A DNA stretch of 64,000 nt, taken from Lepidodermella squamata. Its lineage: Eukaryota; Animalia; Gastrotricha. The notes beneath the pieces are model-generated. The model had not been told where the DNA came from and made no database searches. It saw nothing but the letters and a program-made list of their open reading frames with translations. Shown here piece after piece: positions 18,618 to 31,043 of this stretch. The stretch spans positions 186,001 through 250,000 of the forward strand of contig JBLDXI010000030.1 of NCBI GenBank assembly GCA_047495785.1, read 5' to 3'. Numbering within the stretch: the first letter of the stretch is position 1; the number at the start of each line of letters is the position of its first letter. Both the position numbers and the translations under genes were made by a program.

Positions 18618-19843
18618 TTAAGGACCGAGCATCAAAGAGAAAAGCGTAATGTCGCAAATGATCACGAACACAACAGCGATAGTTGCTAAGGAATAGTCCA
18701 AAAATCGATGGAATGGCACGTTAAGTCGCTCGACGAAGCGATGTCTGAAACTTTTCGAGAATCCTGAACTGACGCAGGCGTAGCTCGTTATGAAAACAGC
18801 AATTACAAATTTCGTCGCAACCATGTAAACCAGATACACGGAATCAGAAGTTTTCGGCATCATTCCGAAAATCATAGTGAGAAAAACAGCGTATGATAGA
18901 ACAACAGTCACGCAGAACGCTGCTCTGTCACTTTTCAGAGGCTCGGCAATCAAACAGACGATTTGAAGAGCGAATAACGCTACTGTTGGGACGAAAATAT
19001 TGCAGATGTAATAGCTGCTCTTCCTTCGAAATCGCATGGTGAAATTAAGGTGGCTGTAAGGCCCTGAGGACTGCCGCAATACCGTTGTGTTGTAGATCAG
19101 CGGCTGCTCCAACGTCCAAATATCGGTGTCTGATATGAACAAATCGCGAACTGTTATATCGAGGCTGAAATCAGCTATTCGATACGTAACAGCCGTCGCG
19201 TACTCGTTCGGTTCAAAAATCATCGAACACTGCTGCACATCGAATGGGAATCGTCGATAAGCAAATGATGTGCACGAAACGTCGATACGATCGAAAATGT
19301 ATCGCATCACATTATTGCTTACAAATGGGAACACCCAGACTTTGTCATCAGGCCTGAAAGGTAAAAACCGTCGTAAATTAATACATCGTATTGCACAGAT
19401 CACCTCGGGGCTGGTCGCGGGGATTGATACGCTGTCATGTGGCACAGCTCAGGAGTCCAAATATCGCGAACTGGGACTAAAAACCCAATACTCCCGATGT
19501 CGTTGATTGAGCAAGCTTCCACTGGTAGCAGGTCGGTACAGCGAGGTATTTGGCAGGGTAGCGGCCATGCTTGAGTTTGCAGGACAACTAACGAAAGCCG
19601 CTGTTCTACGTCGTCGATCTCAACAAAGCGGTAAAGAGTGATCGAGATATCGACAGTTACTGGGGTCGTATTGTTAGTAGCAACTGCGAGCTCCGTCGGG
19701 AGGAAGCTCGACTTGATGGCTGGGCAGTAACGGCTAAAGTTGCTTTCCAACTGCTCGGAGTATGACATGTACACACCCTGACCTAGTGTCCCCCTCAAAA
19801 CGCTGACAAGCAACAGAAAAGCCGCTAGATCTGTAGCTTTCAT
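18618..19843 (-). CDS. Atypical Cys-loop ligand-gated ion channel subunit 3
   Basis: Two exons (intron 19354-19403); signal peptide, CTSFAYRRFPFDVQQC, 4 TM. Confidence 0.9.
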
Positions 19844-20049
19844 CTTTCAGTTATGCCTTGATTCGTGAATTGGCTATGGGTCTGCTGCCAGCCCCATCAA
19901 TAATTCAACTTTCGTTGAAATTCATTTTCATTTTAAAGAGACTGCTAGTGTTTCGGCCCGCCTCTTCACACTTAAAAAGGTAAATCAATATCACTTCACC
20001 GATGTTCCTATTTCTCGACATTTGTTTTGGCAAAATGACACAGTTCTCA

Positions 20050-21274
20050 TTAAGACAGCATAAGAGTGAAGAATGCTATGTCGCAGCAGGCAATCAAAGT
20101 GAAAGCGCTGCCAGCGATTAAAAAGTCCATAAAGCGGTGCAAATGCATCCTCCAGCGTTTTAGTATTCGCTGTTTGAAGGTTTTAGAAAAGCCTGATGCG
20201 ATGCAAACGTAACTAGTCATAATTACAGCTGCGATGAACTTAGCCACGACCATGTAGACCAGATATACTGTATCGGACGTTTTGGGCATCATTCCGAAAA
20301 TCAGGGTGAGAAACACTGCATAGGCTAGTACGACCGTTACGCAAAATGCTGAGCGGTCGATTTTCAGCGGCTCAGTGATGATGCATATGATTTGGAGGAT
20401 GAAGAGAGCGATGGTCGGGACGAAAATATTGCAGACGTAGTAGCTGCTTTTGCGTCGAAATCTCATGGTAAAATTAAGGTGGCTGAAAGCTCCCTCGCCC
20501 TGTTCGGATAGCGAAGCGTTGGATATGAGGGGCTCGACGAGTTTCCAAATGTCTGTCTCGGATATGAAGGAATCCCGAGCAGATATGTCGACTTCGAAGC
20601 CGGCGATTCGGTAGATGATCAGATTTGCATATTCATTCGGCTCTATGATCATCGAACATTGTTGTACATCAAATGGAAAATAGCGATACGAAAATGATGT
20701 GCAGGAAATGTCGAAGCGATCGAAAATAGAGCGGCTGGCGTCAGTGCTTTGTAACGGTTTGATCCAGACGTAATCCTCTGGTCTGAGAAAGCTGAGAAAT
20801 AGTCGATAGGTAATAGTAAACCCCGCATGCATACCTCTGTTTTGCAACTGGCGATCCGTAGGCAGTCATATGGACGATGTCTGGCGACCAGATTTCATTG
20901 ACTGGGATGCGGATGAGAATCTTACTTGCATCTTGAATAGCACAGGTTTCCCCCGGCAGCAAATCAGTGCACTGAGGGACAGGGCAGTTTAGGGGCCATG
21001 ACATGCCAAGAAGGAACACCAGTGAAAGCCGCTGTTGGATGTCGTCGATCTCCACGAATCGGTATAGAGATACTGAGATGTCAACAATGACTGGTTTCGA
21101 CTTATTCGTCGCCATAGCTTGTTCTGTTGGGAGGAAACTCGATCTAACTGCTGGGCAATATCGATAAAATTGAGTCTTGAGCTGTTCATAGTTTGAGGTC
21201 ATGTCAGCAGCTGCTTCTTCAACGAAGACGCATCTCAATATCAAAAGAACGCACAGCAAATATACTCGTAACAT
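20050..21274 (-). CDS. Atypical Cys-loop ligand-gated ion channel subunit 4
   Basis: Two exons (intron 20783-20834); signal peptide MLRVYLLCVLL, CTSFSYRYFPFDVQQC, 4 TM. Confidence 0.9.
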
Positions 21275-21580
21275 TTTCGAAGCTGTTTCCTTCAATCCAT
21301 AAGATAGAAATGACGGAGCCGAGAATTCCACACCAAAAGCTCGGTGCTAATAAAATGTCGATAACAAAGTGTGAACCATCTGTCAAATCTGTTTACCTTC
21401 TCGTCCAAAGTAACTAGGCAGCGTGCCTCGACCAAAAACAGTGTATGGGAGTGATTTTATTCGCTTGCGAAATCGAACAGCTTTGCTAGGAATGACTTAA
21501 CGTCGAACCATTTTACAATGTATCTAATCGTCTAATTGGCAAAGTATTCCCAACAAACTTTTAAAACGATATATCAGATT

Positions 21581-22802
21581 CTAAGGTGTCAGCATGAGAG
21601 TGAATAGAATCAAATCACAGATGGTAATAAAAGTCACAGCGATCGCAGCAATTACATAGTCTAAAAACCTGTGTAAAGGCATCTTCAAACGTGCCACCAT
21701 GCGATCCCTCATTCCCTGAGAAAAGCCCGAGCTTATACAGGCATAGGCTGTAATTACAACCGCCGTGACAAATTTGGCCGCTACCATGACAACCAGGTAA
21801 ACTATATCTGAAGTTTTAGGAATCATACCGAAAACAAGGGTCAGAATCACAGCGTAGGACAGAACAACCGTCACTCAAAATGCAGCTCTGTCATTTTTCA
21901 ATGGCTCAGCTATCAAACAGATTATTTGAAGTAGGAAAAGAGCGATCGTTGGCACGAAGACATTGCAAATGTAATAGCCGCTCTTCCGGCGGAATCTCAT
22001 GGTGAAATTAAGGTGGCTGAAAATCAAGGAACCGTCTAATTGTGCTGACAAGGATGTGTTATGAAGTAGGGGCTCGACTAGTGTCCATATATCAGCATCA
22101 GATATAAAGGTGTCTCTAACTGAAGAATCGACTGTAAAGCTGGCGATACGGTAGGTGACCTCCTTCGACTCTTCATTCGGCTCGAAAGTCATAGAACACT
22201 TTTGCGTATCGAATGGGAATCGGCGGTAGCTGAATTCAGTGCATGATATGTCGAAGCGGTCGAAAACGTATCGTGCGACGTTTAAATTCGATAACGGGTA
22301 CAACCAGGCGTTATCGGTAGACCTGGAAGTAAAAAGTTCACTTACAATTCGTAATTTAAACAACATTTTACCGAAGAGGGAGTATCGGGTGTGCGTATGC
22401 TGTCATATGAGAAAGTTCAGGGACCCAGACATCCTTCAGTGGAATATGGAACCCAATACCATTCGAGTTATTTACCGAGCATGCTTCCTCAGGCAACAAA
22501 TCACTGCATTTTGGGGTTGAGCAAGGAAGCTCCCATACCATTTTGATGACAAATACTAGCGACAGTCGCTGTTGCACGTCGTCGATCTCGACAAATCGGT
22601 ACATGATGATAGACACATTAACGATCAGTGGCTCAAAATAATTTGAGGCAATCGCTTTTTCGGTAGGCAGGTAATTCGATTTTATTGCTGGGCAGAACTG
22701 GTAGAAATTTCGTTTCATTTGGCCTGCGTAGGGTTCGGAAATGTCTGCACTTGTTGGAATTATCGCGAGCAAAGCACTGGCAACAATGATTGCTAGGAAC
22801 AT
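21581..22802 (-). pseudogene. Atypical Cys-loop channel subunit 5 with an in-frame TGA in M2
   Basis: Otherwise intact two-exon paralog. TGA at 21875-21877 replaces the Cys of DRAAFCVTVVLS that all six paralogs have. Confidence 0.75.
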
Positions 22803-23404
22803 TGCAGCAGGAAAATCCTTTAATATGTTATTCAAAGTGAATTTGATATTGGATAAAATGTTCAGCTTAGCCTTTGAGGGTGATGGACAGACAGCATGTG
22901 AGCATTGTGTTTTTTCTTACTGTGATATAGAGTTTTTAGAGCAGACTATTCGATCGCATGTATGTAATGAGAAGAAATGAAAGGAAATCGTTAAGACAGA
23001 ACATTGGAGATTGGAGCCGTCAGTTTTGAGACGATTGGTCCAGATGTTGGAACGACACATACCAAATCTCGGCTATTTAGCTGTACTTGTACTACATACT
23101 AGTACAATTACAGCAAGTATGTAGTATTATGTATGTAGTAGCTAGTATTATTGCCACTGCAAATGGCTGGCCATCAATACTGGGGGCCGGGTGAAACCCT
23201 TGTGTTGTCCGGTCACGTCGTTCACAAATCCGTCGAAACAGGGGCGTAACAAAGGGGGGCCAATGGGGCATCGGGTCCATTGCCTCTATTCACAAGTTAG
23301 CAAGTTGGTTGAAAGATCGTCAAGTTTTCGAACAAACCAAGGAAAAAATCGACTAAAAGCGTCACCAATAATTTAACCGTTGAAAATTTTCGGAAATTCG
23401 ACCG

Positions 23405-23884
23405 GCTGAGTTTGAAAGCTGGTCTCATTGTCTTCATTGTCAGTCTGATTTATATGGTGATATGGGCTTTAGTCAACACTCTCAAGTGCGAAAATGGCGC
23501 GCTGCAACAGGAACCGATCTACATTGAAAAGGAGGACGTTGACTGACGTTGGCTGAATACGCTTTGAAATGCTCGTCGCTTCATCAAAAAGAGTGGATGG
23601 CCGCTATTCTCGTAGCAAACCTCGTTGCTTCGGCTTGTGGATGCTATTTCGCCATTTTGTGTCACACTGCAAGTTTCATTAATCGCCATCCTAACAGCAA
23701 GTTTATTCTGAAAGCTGAGTTGAATTTCATCGCGATTTCTGTGGCGACTTGCCTCATAATTATCGCGGTTCCGGAGTCTCCCGTCACTGAACGTATTGTT
23801 ATTTCTGTGGCAGCTGTCTTCGTATCGATCTCCTCGACTGCGATTTTATACTTTTCGCATTGGAAAACGAAAACTCCGTCCTGA
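23405..23884 (+). pseudogene. 3' fragment of a class C GPCR (TM region)
   Basis: IYMVIWALVNTLKC...IYIEKED / YALKCSS...W...ATCLIII...ERIVISVAAVF aligns with the C-terminus of the 43224-44858 receptor. Frame is broken near 23540. Confidence 0.65.
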
Positions 23885-24034
23885 AAAAAACATATCCGAA
23901 TAGCCACTTGGATATATAGGCTAGGGTCGAGGTAGCTAACAGGAATTAATACTTTCACACCATTTTTTCATTTTCCGAGTTTTTTCCAAGAAATGTGTAG
24001 ATTTATTCAAATCTGCTCTCAAAGGATTAAAAAA

Positions 24035-25256
24035 CTAGCCTAAGGTCAGCATTAGAGTGAATAGAATTGAGTCACAGATGGTAATAACAATCACAGCGAT
24101 CGCAGCTACAACGTAGTCCAAAAATCTGTGTAACGGCATCTTCAAAGGAGACACCATGCGATCCCTCATTTTATCAGAAAAACCAGAACTTATACAGGCA
24201 TACGCTGTAATAACAACCGCCGTGACAAATTTAGCCGCTACCATGACAACCAAGTAAACAATATCTGAAGTTTTAGGAATCATACCGAAAACTAAGGTTA
24301 GAATCACCGCGTGAGAGAGTACAACTGTTACGCAAAACGCGGCTCTGTCATTTTTTAAAGGCTCGGCTATTAAGCAGATTATTTGAAGTAAGAACAGAGC
24401 GACAGTAGGCACAAAGACATTGCAAACGTAATAGCTGCTTTTCCGGCGAAATTTCATTTTGAAAGTTAAGCGACTGATAAGCAACGAACCCTCTTCTTCC
24501 GCGGATAGAGATGTATTGGAAATGAGAGGCTCGACTAGTGTCCATATATCCGTATCTGACATGAAGGTGTCTCTAACCGAGGAGTCGACCGTGAAGCGGG
24601 AAATTCGATAAGTGACATCCATCGACTGTTCATTGGCTTCGAAAGTCATCGAGCATTTTTGCGTATCGAATGGGAATCGGCGGTAGCTGAATTCAGTGCA
24701 CGATATGTCGAAGCGGTCGAAAACGTATCTTACGACGTTCAAATTCCAGAATGGGTAAAACCAGGCGTGATCAGTGGTCCTAATAATACATAATCCTGTA
24801 AAAATTGTTCAGCCTCGAGAAAATTCACCTTAAATGAAGGATTGGGTCTGTGTATGCTGTCATGTGATTAAGTTCAGGGTTCCAGACCTCATTCAGAGGG
24901 ATTAAAAATCCAATATTATCAATGCCTTTCATGGAGCAAGCTTCCACAGGCAGCAAATCACTGCATTTTGGGGGTAAGCAAGGCAGTTCCCATTCCATTT
25001 TGATTGCCATTACTAGCGACAGTCGTTGTTGCACGTCGTCTATCTCAACGAATCGGTACATTAAAATCGATACATTGACAATAAGTGGCTCAGAGTAATT
25101 TGAGGCTATCGCTTTTTCGGTAGGCAGGTAATTGGATTTTATAGCCGGGCAGAACTGGTAGAAATTTCGTTTCATTTGCCCGGCGTAAGGTTCGGAAATT
25201 TCTGCATTTGCTTGAAATCTCGCGAGCAAACCAACAGTTATGATAAAATGAAACAT
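24035..25256 (-). CDS. Atypical Cys-loop ligand-gated ion channel subunit 6
   Basis: Two exons (intron ~24780-24828); CTEFSYRRFPFDTQKC, 4 TM; close to subunits 5 and 7. Confidence 0.9.
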
Positions 25257-26026
25257 GGAGTAAAAAATTTAGTTCAATAGAGAACCATTGCGAGAAATCT
25301 GGGCCGTTGAGTCTGATTGCGATATCCACCTTCATTTCAGCTTAACTCAGCCGTGGCTAGGTATATGCCTAATCTTTTCTTTCTTGCATTGTTCTTATTG
25401 TTTGCGTTTGCTTCCATATCCCAATGACGGTACCAGAGCGTACTGAAACGAAAGAAATGGGTCTAAATAAATGGGCGGTTCCCGTCTGCGCCACTCATTT
25501 TGCGCGACACGCGAAACATGTAAATATATGTGTATTTTGCGCGACGCGTTCGCACGTGCACTACCTGCTACTGGTTAAGCGTTAAGCTGTCGCACTTGGT
25601 GGTGATGAGAAGTCTTAATCAGTTTAGTCACCCTAGTCATTGCTCAGCAAACACTTCATTTCTCTCAACAATCTTTAGAGTTTAGAATTTAGTAAATCTC
25701 CAGACCAGCCGCCAGCTGAAAGGGGCCGGCCGCCTAAGGCTAAGCATAGCTTGCTTCCGGTTCCGGTCGCTGAACGCCTGCTTAGTCCACCGCAAAGGAA
25801 GCCCGGAAGGCCGCCTGAGAAGATGCAGGAAGGAGTCACCCATGGCTTCTAATCGACAGGCGACAAGGAGAGGCCGAAGGTCAATACGATGAACCAATCG
25901 ATTCGAATCCCGGCCTTGCCAGGAAACAAATCAGAGTGCCGCTAATGCAGCAGGTACACCCGAAATCGTAATAACACCAAGTGAATCATCATAGTTTTCT
26001 TATAAATCAAACACTACAATTAATTT

Positions 26027-26278
26027 GTGTTTAGTCACCTCAACGGCGATCAGAGTTGTTCGGACCTCGCCTGCCAATTGTCGTGCGATATATCGAAACG
26101 GTTACGGCGGCATCATACCCTGTACCAAGGCCTCAAGTTTCTCGGGTCAAAACACCCCAAAACCGGCAAAATCTATCACCGCTGTTGGTGTAATAAAAGC
26201 AAGAGCTGCAGGGTCAAATTAGACGGTGTTTCTGAGTTGCCGCCAGACTTCGTCGACGGAGTAGTTGGAAAGCAGTGA
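26027..26278 (+). mobile_element. Probable FLYWCH-type zinc-finger fragment (Mutator-like element relic)
   Basis: LYQGLKF...KTGKIYHRCWCNKSKSCRVKL resembles the FLYWCH pattern L-x-x-G-Y-x-F...Y-W-R-C-x(n)-C-x-A-R-L. The distal His ligands are missing. Confidence 0.4.
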
Positions 26279-26463
26279 AAGCTGGAGTATCACTCGGTAT
26301 CACTCTGATTTATATGGTAATATGGGCTTTTAGTCGACTCTCTCAGTCGCGGAAATGTCGCTCTTCAACGAGGACCGATATAACTTGAAAAGGAGGCTTC
26401 GTATCGATCACCTCGACTGCGATTTTATACTTCTTGAATTTGAAAACGAAACCTCTGCCATGA
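26275..26463 (+). pseudogene. Internally deleted second copy of the class C GPCR 3' fragment
   Basis: Nucleotide similarity to 23413-23535 joined directly to 23819-23883 (CTGATTTATATGGT..., CTTCGTATCGATC-CCTCGACTGCGATTTTATACTT). Confidence 0.65.
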
Positions 26464-27023
26464 ATAAATAGAGAGGCAATGCTGAGAAACTGTCATTCCG
26501 CCCAATTCCATATAATTCCATTACGAGCCAACATGGGCCGATTGCGCAGAGCGCAGGGTAAATCCCATAGGCAGTGCATTGCTATTGCTCGGCAGCGTCG
26601 TTTTTTCTCAAGGAGTATTTACCCCTCTCATTTACCCCATTTACGACTACAAAATGAGTGTGGGTAAATACCCTGGGTAATCACGCCCTTTTCCGAGTAG
26701 AATAGCCGCAATTAACGCTAGTGATCCGGTGCCTCGTGTCTATCTATAGACACTTCACGGTCTGTCGTGTCTATCTATCAATAGATACTACTTCATACGT
26801 GCTAAGAGTGGCGCAGCAGCCTAGAGATGACGAAACCGCCCCGTCCCCGTTTCTAGTTTAACTTGCAAGCAATTGTCATGCTGCTAGTGAGAGGTTATAA
26901 GAATAATAAACTGGGCGATGGTGAGATTTAAAGCTTTTTCATTCTTTTTTCAACTTGGATTCAATATTCACCGAAATTCGCGATTTATACAAATCTGTTC
27001 TCATTGGATTCTAAAAAAGCAGA

Positions 27024-28240
27024 CTATGGGTACAGCATTAGAGTGAATAGGATCACGTCACAGCAGAAAATAACAATCACAGCGATTGCAGCTATAAGAT
27101 AGTCTAGAAATCTGTGTAAAGGCATTCTCAAGCATGGCACCATGCGAATCCTCATTTTATCAGAAAAACCAGAACTGATACAGGCATACGCTGTAATAAC
27201 AACCGCCGCGAGAAATTTAGCTGCTACCATGACAACCAAGTAAACGATATCTGAGGTTTTGGGAATCATACCGAAAACAAGGGTCAGAATCACAGCGTAG
27301 GATAGAACAACTGTCACACAAAACGCGGCCCTATCATTCTTCAAAGGCTCAGCTATCAAACAGATTATTTGAAGCAAGAACAGTGCGATCGTTGGCACGA
27401 AAACATTGCAAATGTAATACCCGCTCTTCCGGCGGAATCTCATAGTAAACGTAAGGCGGCTGAACACCAACCCGTCCGATTCTGCTGACAGAGATGTGTT
27501 TTGAATGAGAGGCTCGACTAATGTCCATTTATCAGTATCAGATATGAAGGTGTCTCGAACTGACGCGTCGACCGTGAAGCTAGCGATTCGATATATAACA
27601 TCCATGGATTGTTCATTCGGTTCGAAAATCATCGAGCATTTTTGCGTATCGAATGGGAATCGGCGGTAGCTGAATTCAGTGCAGGATATGTCGAAGCGAT
27701 CGAAAACGAATCGTATAACGTTTAAATTTGCAAATGGGTACAACCACGCGTGATCAGTAATATAACAAAATAATTCCTGTAAACAATCGTTAGTCCCAAT
27801 GAAATTAACCGTAAATGCAGTATTGGGTCTGTATAAGCTGTCAAATGATTAAGTTCGGGGTTCCAGATCTCGTTAATAAAAGGGATCAAGAATCCGAGTT
27901 TATCTTGGTCTTTTATCGAGCATGCTTCCACAGGTAACAAATCACTGCATTTCGGGACTTTGCAAGGCAGTTCCCATTCTATTTTCATGAGCAATACTAG
28001 GGACAGTCGCTGTTGCACGTCGTCTATCTCAACGAATCGGTACATGACGATAGATACATTGACAAGCAGTGGCTCAGAGTAATTGGAGGCGATCGCCTTT
28101 TCCGTAGGGAGGTAATTCGATTTTATGGCTGGGCAGAACTGATTGAAATTTCGTTTCATTTGGCCAGCATAGGATTCGGAAATTTCTGCACGTGACGAAA
28201 CCGTAGCAAGCAAAGCAACTGTTACGATAAAGTTAAACAT
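27024..28240 (-). CDS. Atypical Cys-loop ligand-gated ion channel subunit 7
   Basis: Two exons with an intron near 27760-27809 (acceptor uncertain); CTEFSYRRFPFDTQKC, 4 TM. Confidence 0.85.
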
Positions 28241-30058
28241 TGCGGAAGACAAAATCGTGCACCTGAGCCGTTGAAGAGTCCAATTGCGATATCCAGCTTC
28301 ATTTCAACTGAACTCAGACGTTGCCAGGTATTTGCGTGTTTATTTTTTTCTTTATTGTTCTTTTTATTTGCTTTCGCTCCTATATCATGATGACGGTGCC
28401 AGAACGTACTGAAACGATAAGCAATAGAAGGTAATGTCTAAATACATAAATGAGGTTCTATCACTAAATTTGAGAGCGCGCCCACCTAATTAAATGCAAA
28501 CAGGCGTTGCTAAATCTTCGCGCCACCTAAATAAGGAAATAATGAAATAATGAATAATGAAGAGCTTTCATGGCGACAGTACATGTATACAATTAAAAGC
28601 CCATTCATCTTCTTACTTCTAGTGGTTTGTCAGAAAGTCTCATACCAAGCTAACAAAAAAGTATTCAATAGCCACTGAAAAAGGAACGTGCTACTGAGTG
28701 GATAGAAACAAATTAGGTATGTATACTTGGTCTTCAGTCTGTATACGCTACCTTGTGAGCTGAACATTCGAAGAGCGGGGTTCGTCAGGGCGATACAGTT
28801 TATTTCTTAGAGGACCGCCATTCTATTGCTACCGCATTTGGGCGACATTTCGCCCTTCATAGGAGAGCTCTTTGTTGTTCAGGACTGAACAAATATCGGA
28901 AAATGAAAAATGATGACCCCTTGATGATAATCCCAGAGCATAAATAGAGTAGAACTGGTGCTAGACTGGTGCCATTTACCGTTTTTCTCATGATAAATAC
29001 CAACTACCAACTAGGGTAATTCGTCGCGTTGTGTTTGAAAGGGTCGAAATGATCTATCCAAATAATGATGGGCTGAGCGAAAGCCATGAGATCAATAAAA
29101 ACGGAGGTTATTTGCTAATTGCCATTGGATGCAACGGTTTCCGAGAGGGAAGTAATAATAGACATACTGCCACTTGGCGTGGCGATAATACAACACTGTG
29201 TCAATATTTTTCACATTGAAACACAAATATGTATTTTTTCATATTTAAAATATCCATCAAAAAAGGTTTGAATGGCTACAAAAGTAATCATGTGCATACC
29301 ACATGCATAATTAGATAGATCATCTCGAGAGGAATAAACCTATGTTGGGCCATCTTCGGTTTTCATATTAAATTTCAGCAACAATAAAATCTTGGCGACC
29401 ATTTCAAACGTAACGCGACGAATTATTTCAGCATGAAATTAAAAGGAAAATTTTCAGTATTTTTGGAGAATCTTTCACTAAAAGTTGCGAATTCTTTTTT
29501 CCATTAAAAGGAACGCCTACTCTTCGCAACGGACTTGAGGCGTTTGAAAGCCGAATGAAAATAAGATTTCATTCTAATAATTGACTGAGTTTATATCTCC
29601 AGTTAAGCCCTTCACTTTCGCTGCGGGCGATTCTCCGCGGAATTTTCCCCTGTTTTCCTAGGAGTATTTCAAGTCACCTCCGCGGAAAATAGGTCTCACG
29701 TGCGCACTTGCGCTTAAAACCGCTGTTTCTGTTTTGAGCGCGGCTGCCATTGTTTACCGATTACGCAACCAACGTATTGTCAAATCTTCGCGTCACGTGT
29801 CCATGTCACGACAAAATTACGCAAAATAAAGTGATAAAAGTAAAGAAAAACAGTTTTATTCTAGATTTTCTTCGCCGAGTTTACTGATTCAAAATCAACA
29901 ATTGTTCACAATTTATCGGTGCCATCAATCATGATTGGGAATTGAAACAGATAGTGATCAAAGATCAAAGAGAAATATATAAAGGTTTTGGTTACCAAAC
30001 AATAACAAATGAAAACAGTAATATGGCGATATCAGCGAGCATTTCGCTTGCAAAACGA

Positions 30059-31043
30059 TTAGTAGTTGCCGGCGCTTTTTTTTGCAGCCGCAGCTCTCTT
30101 GCGTTTACAATCGCGTACATTCGTACAAATGCCGGCGCGGACAATGCGAAATAAATCACAATTTTTGATAACTAGGCGAACAATTTCATTGATCAACTCG
30201 TCATCCTCGAGCGCGGACGAGAACCCGAGTGCCGCCGCTTTCTTTTCCAACATTTCAATCAAATTTCTAGAAAATCCGTACGCATCTCGCTTTTCAGCGT
30301 GCAATAAATCGCACAGTTTTTTCTTCTCAACAGAATAGGCACCAGCGAGTAAAACAACCTGCGTTTGGTTCCGGCGAACAGCATTTTGATGATCCGCGCT
30401 TGAGCTCGTTTCCGTCAACGTGCGCGCGCTCTGTTGGCGAGTCTTCGCGCCAGCTGGTGAAATTGCGCGACGTGAACGCAGGTGCGCGCCGCGCCCTGCG
30501 ATTGGCGAGGCGGGTGTGGGCGGAGCGGAGGGCAGCGATGTGGCGTGCTGGCGCGGCGTAGAAGCCACCGGTCGTGCTGGCTTTGAAACTCGGCGGCGGC
30601 GGCATGTTGACTGAAGTCGTACGTGTCATGAGCCGACAACGTAGCCGTAGACGTCGAAGGTGCATTCTTAGCAGTTTTAGCCGTTTTTCCAGGGACAAAC
30701 TTCGGAGCCTTGTGGATATAGTCGTGGTAATCCACTACTCGTTGGGCGCTGCAAGACACGGCAGCAAGAACCTATTCAAAGACAGAATTGAAAAAATATG
30801 AGATTAAAAAGATAAAATATTGAAAAGGAAAAAAATCCAGATCACAAGCTAGATAAAAAATGCAGAAAAACAAACCTTATTGTTTGGTGGTGATTCGCTT
30901 TGATCCGATTCGCTTTCTTCCGAAACGCTTTCTTCTGATTCCGATACCGATTTAGTGCGCTGTTTCGCCAGCTCGAGAGCTCTGCGGTGAAATTCGCCAA
31001 CTTTCGAGCCGAGGAATTTATGAAATATATTATTTGAAGCCAT
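30059..31043 (-). CDS. Cargo gene A: acidic/low-complexity protein with a probable C-terminal BEN-like domain, one apparent frameshift
   Basis: Exon 31043-30876, GT-AG intron 30875-30772, then exon 2. A one-base shift near 30583 (EFQ/KPARPV) joins the C-terminal frame FSRNLIEML...ALEDDELINEIVRLV...FRIVRAGICTNVRDCKRK. Confidence 0.5.

Noticed and set aside
23090-23126. 11-bp inverted repeat TACTACATACT/AGTATGTAGTA
   Set aside because: Lies in low-complexity TAC/GTA-rich sequence, so likely chance or slippage.
23240-23300. hAT-like MITE end CAGGGGCGTAAC
   Set aside because: No matching opposite terminus or 8-bp duplication found.
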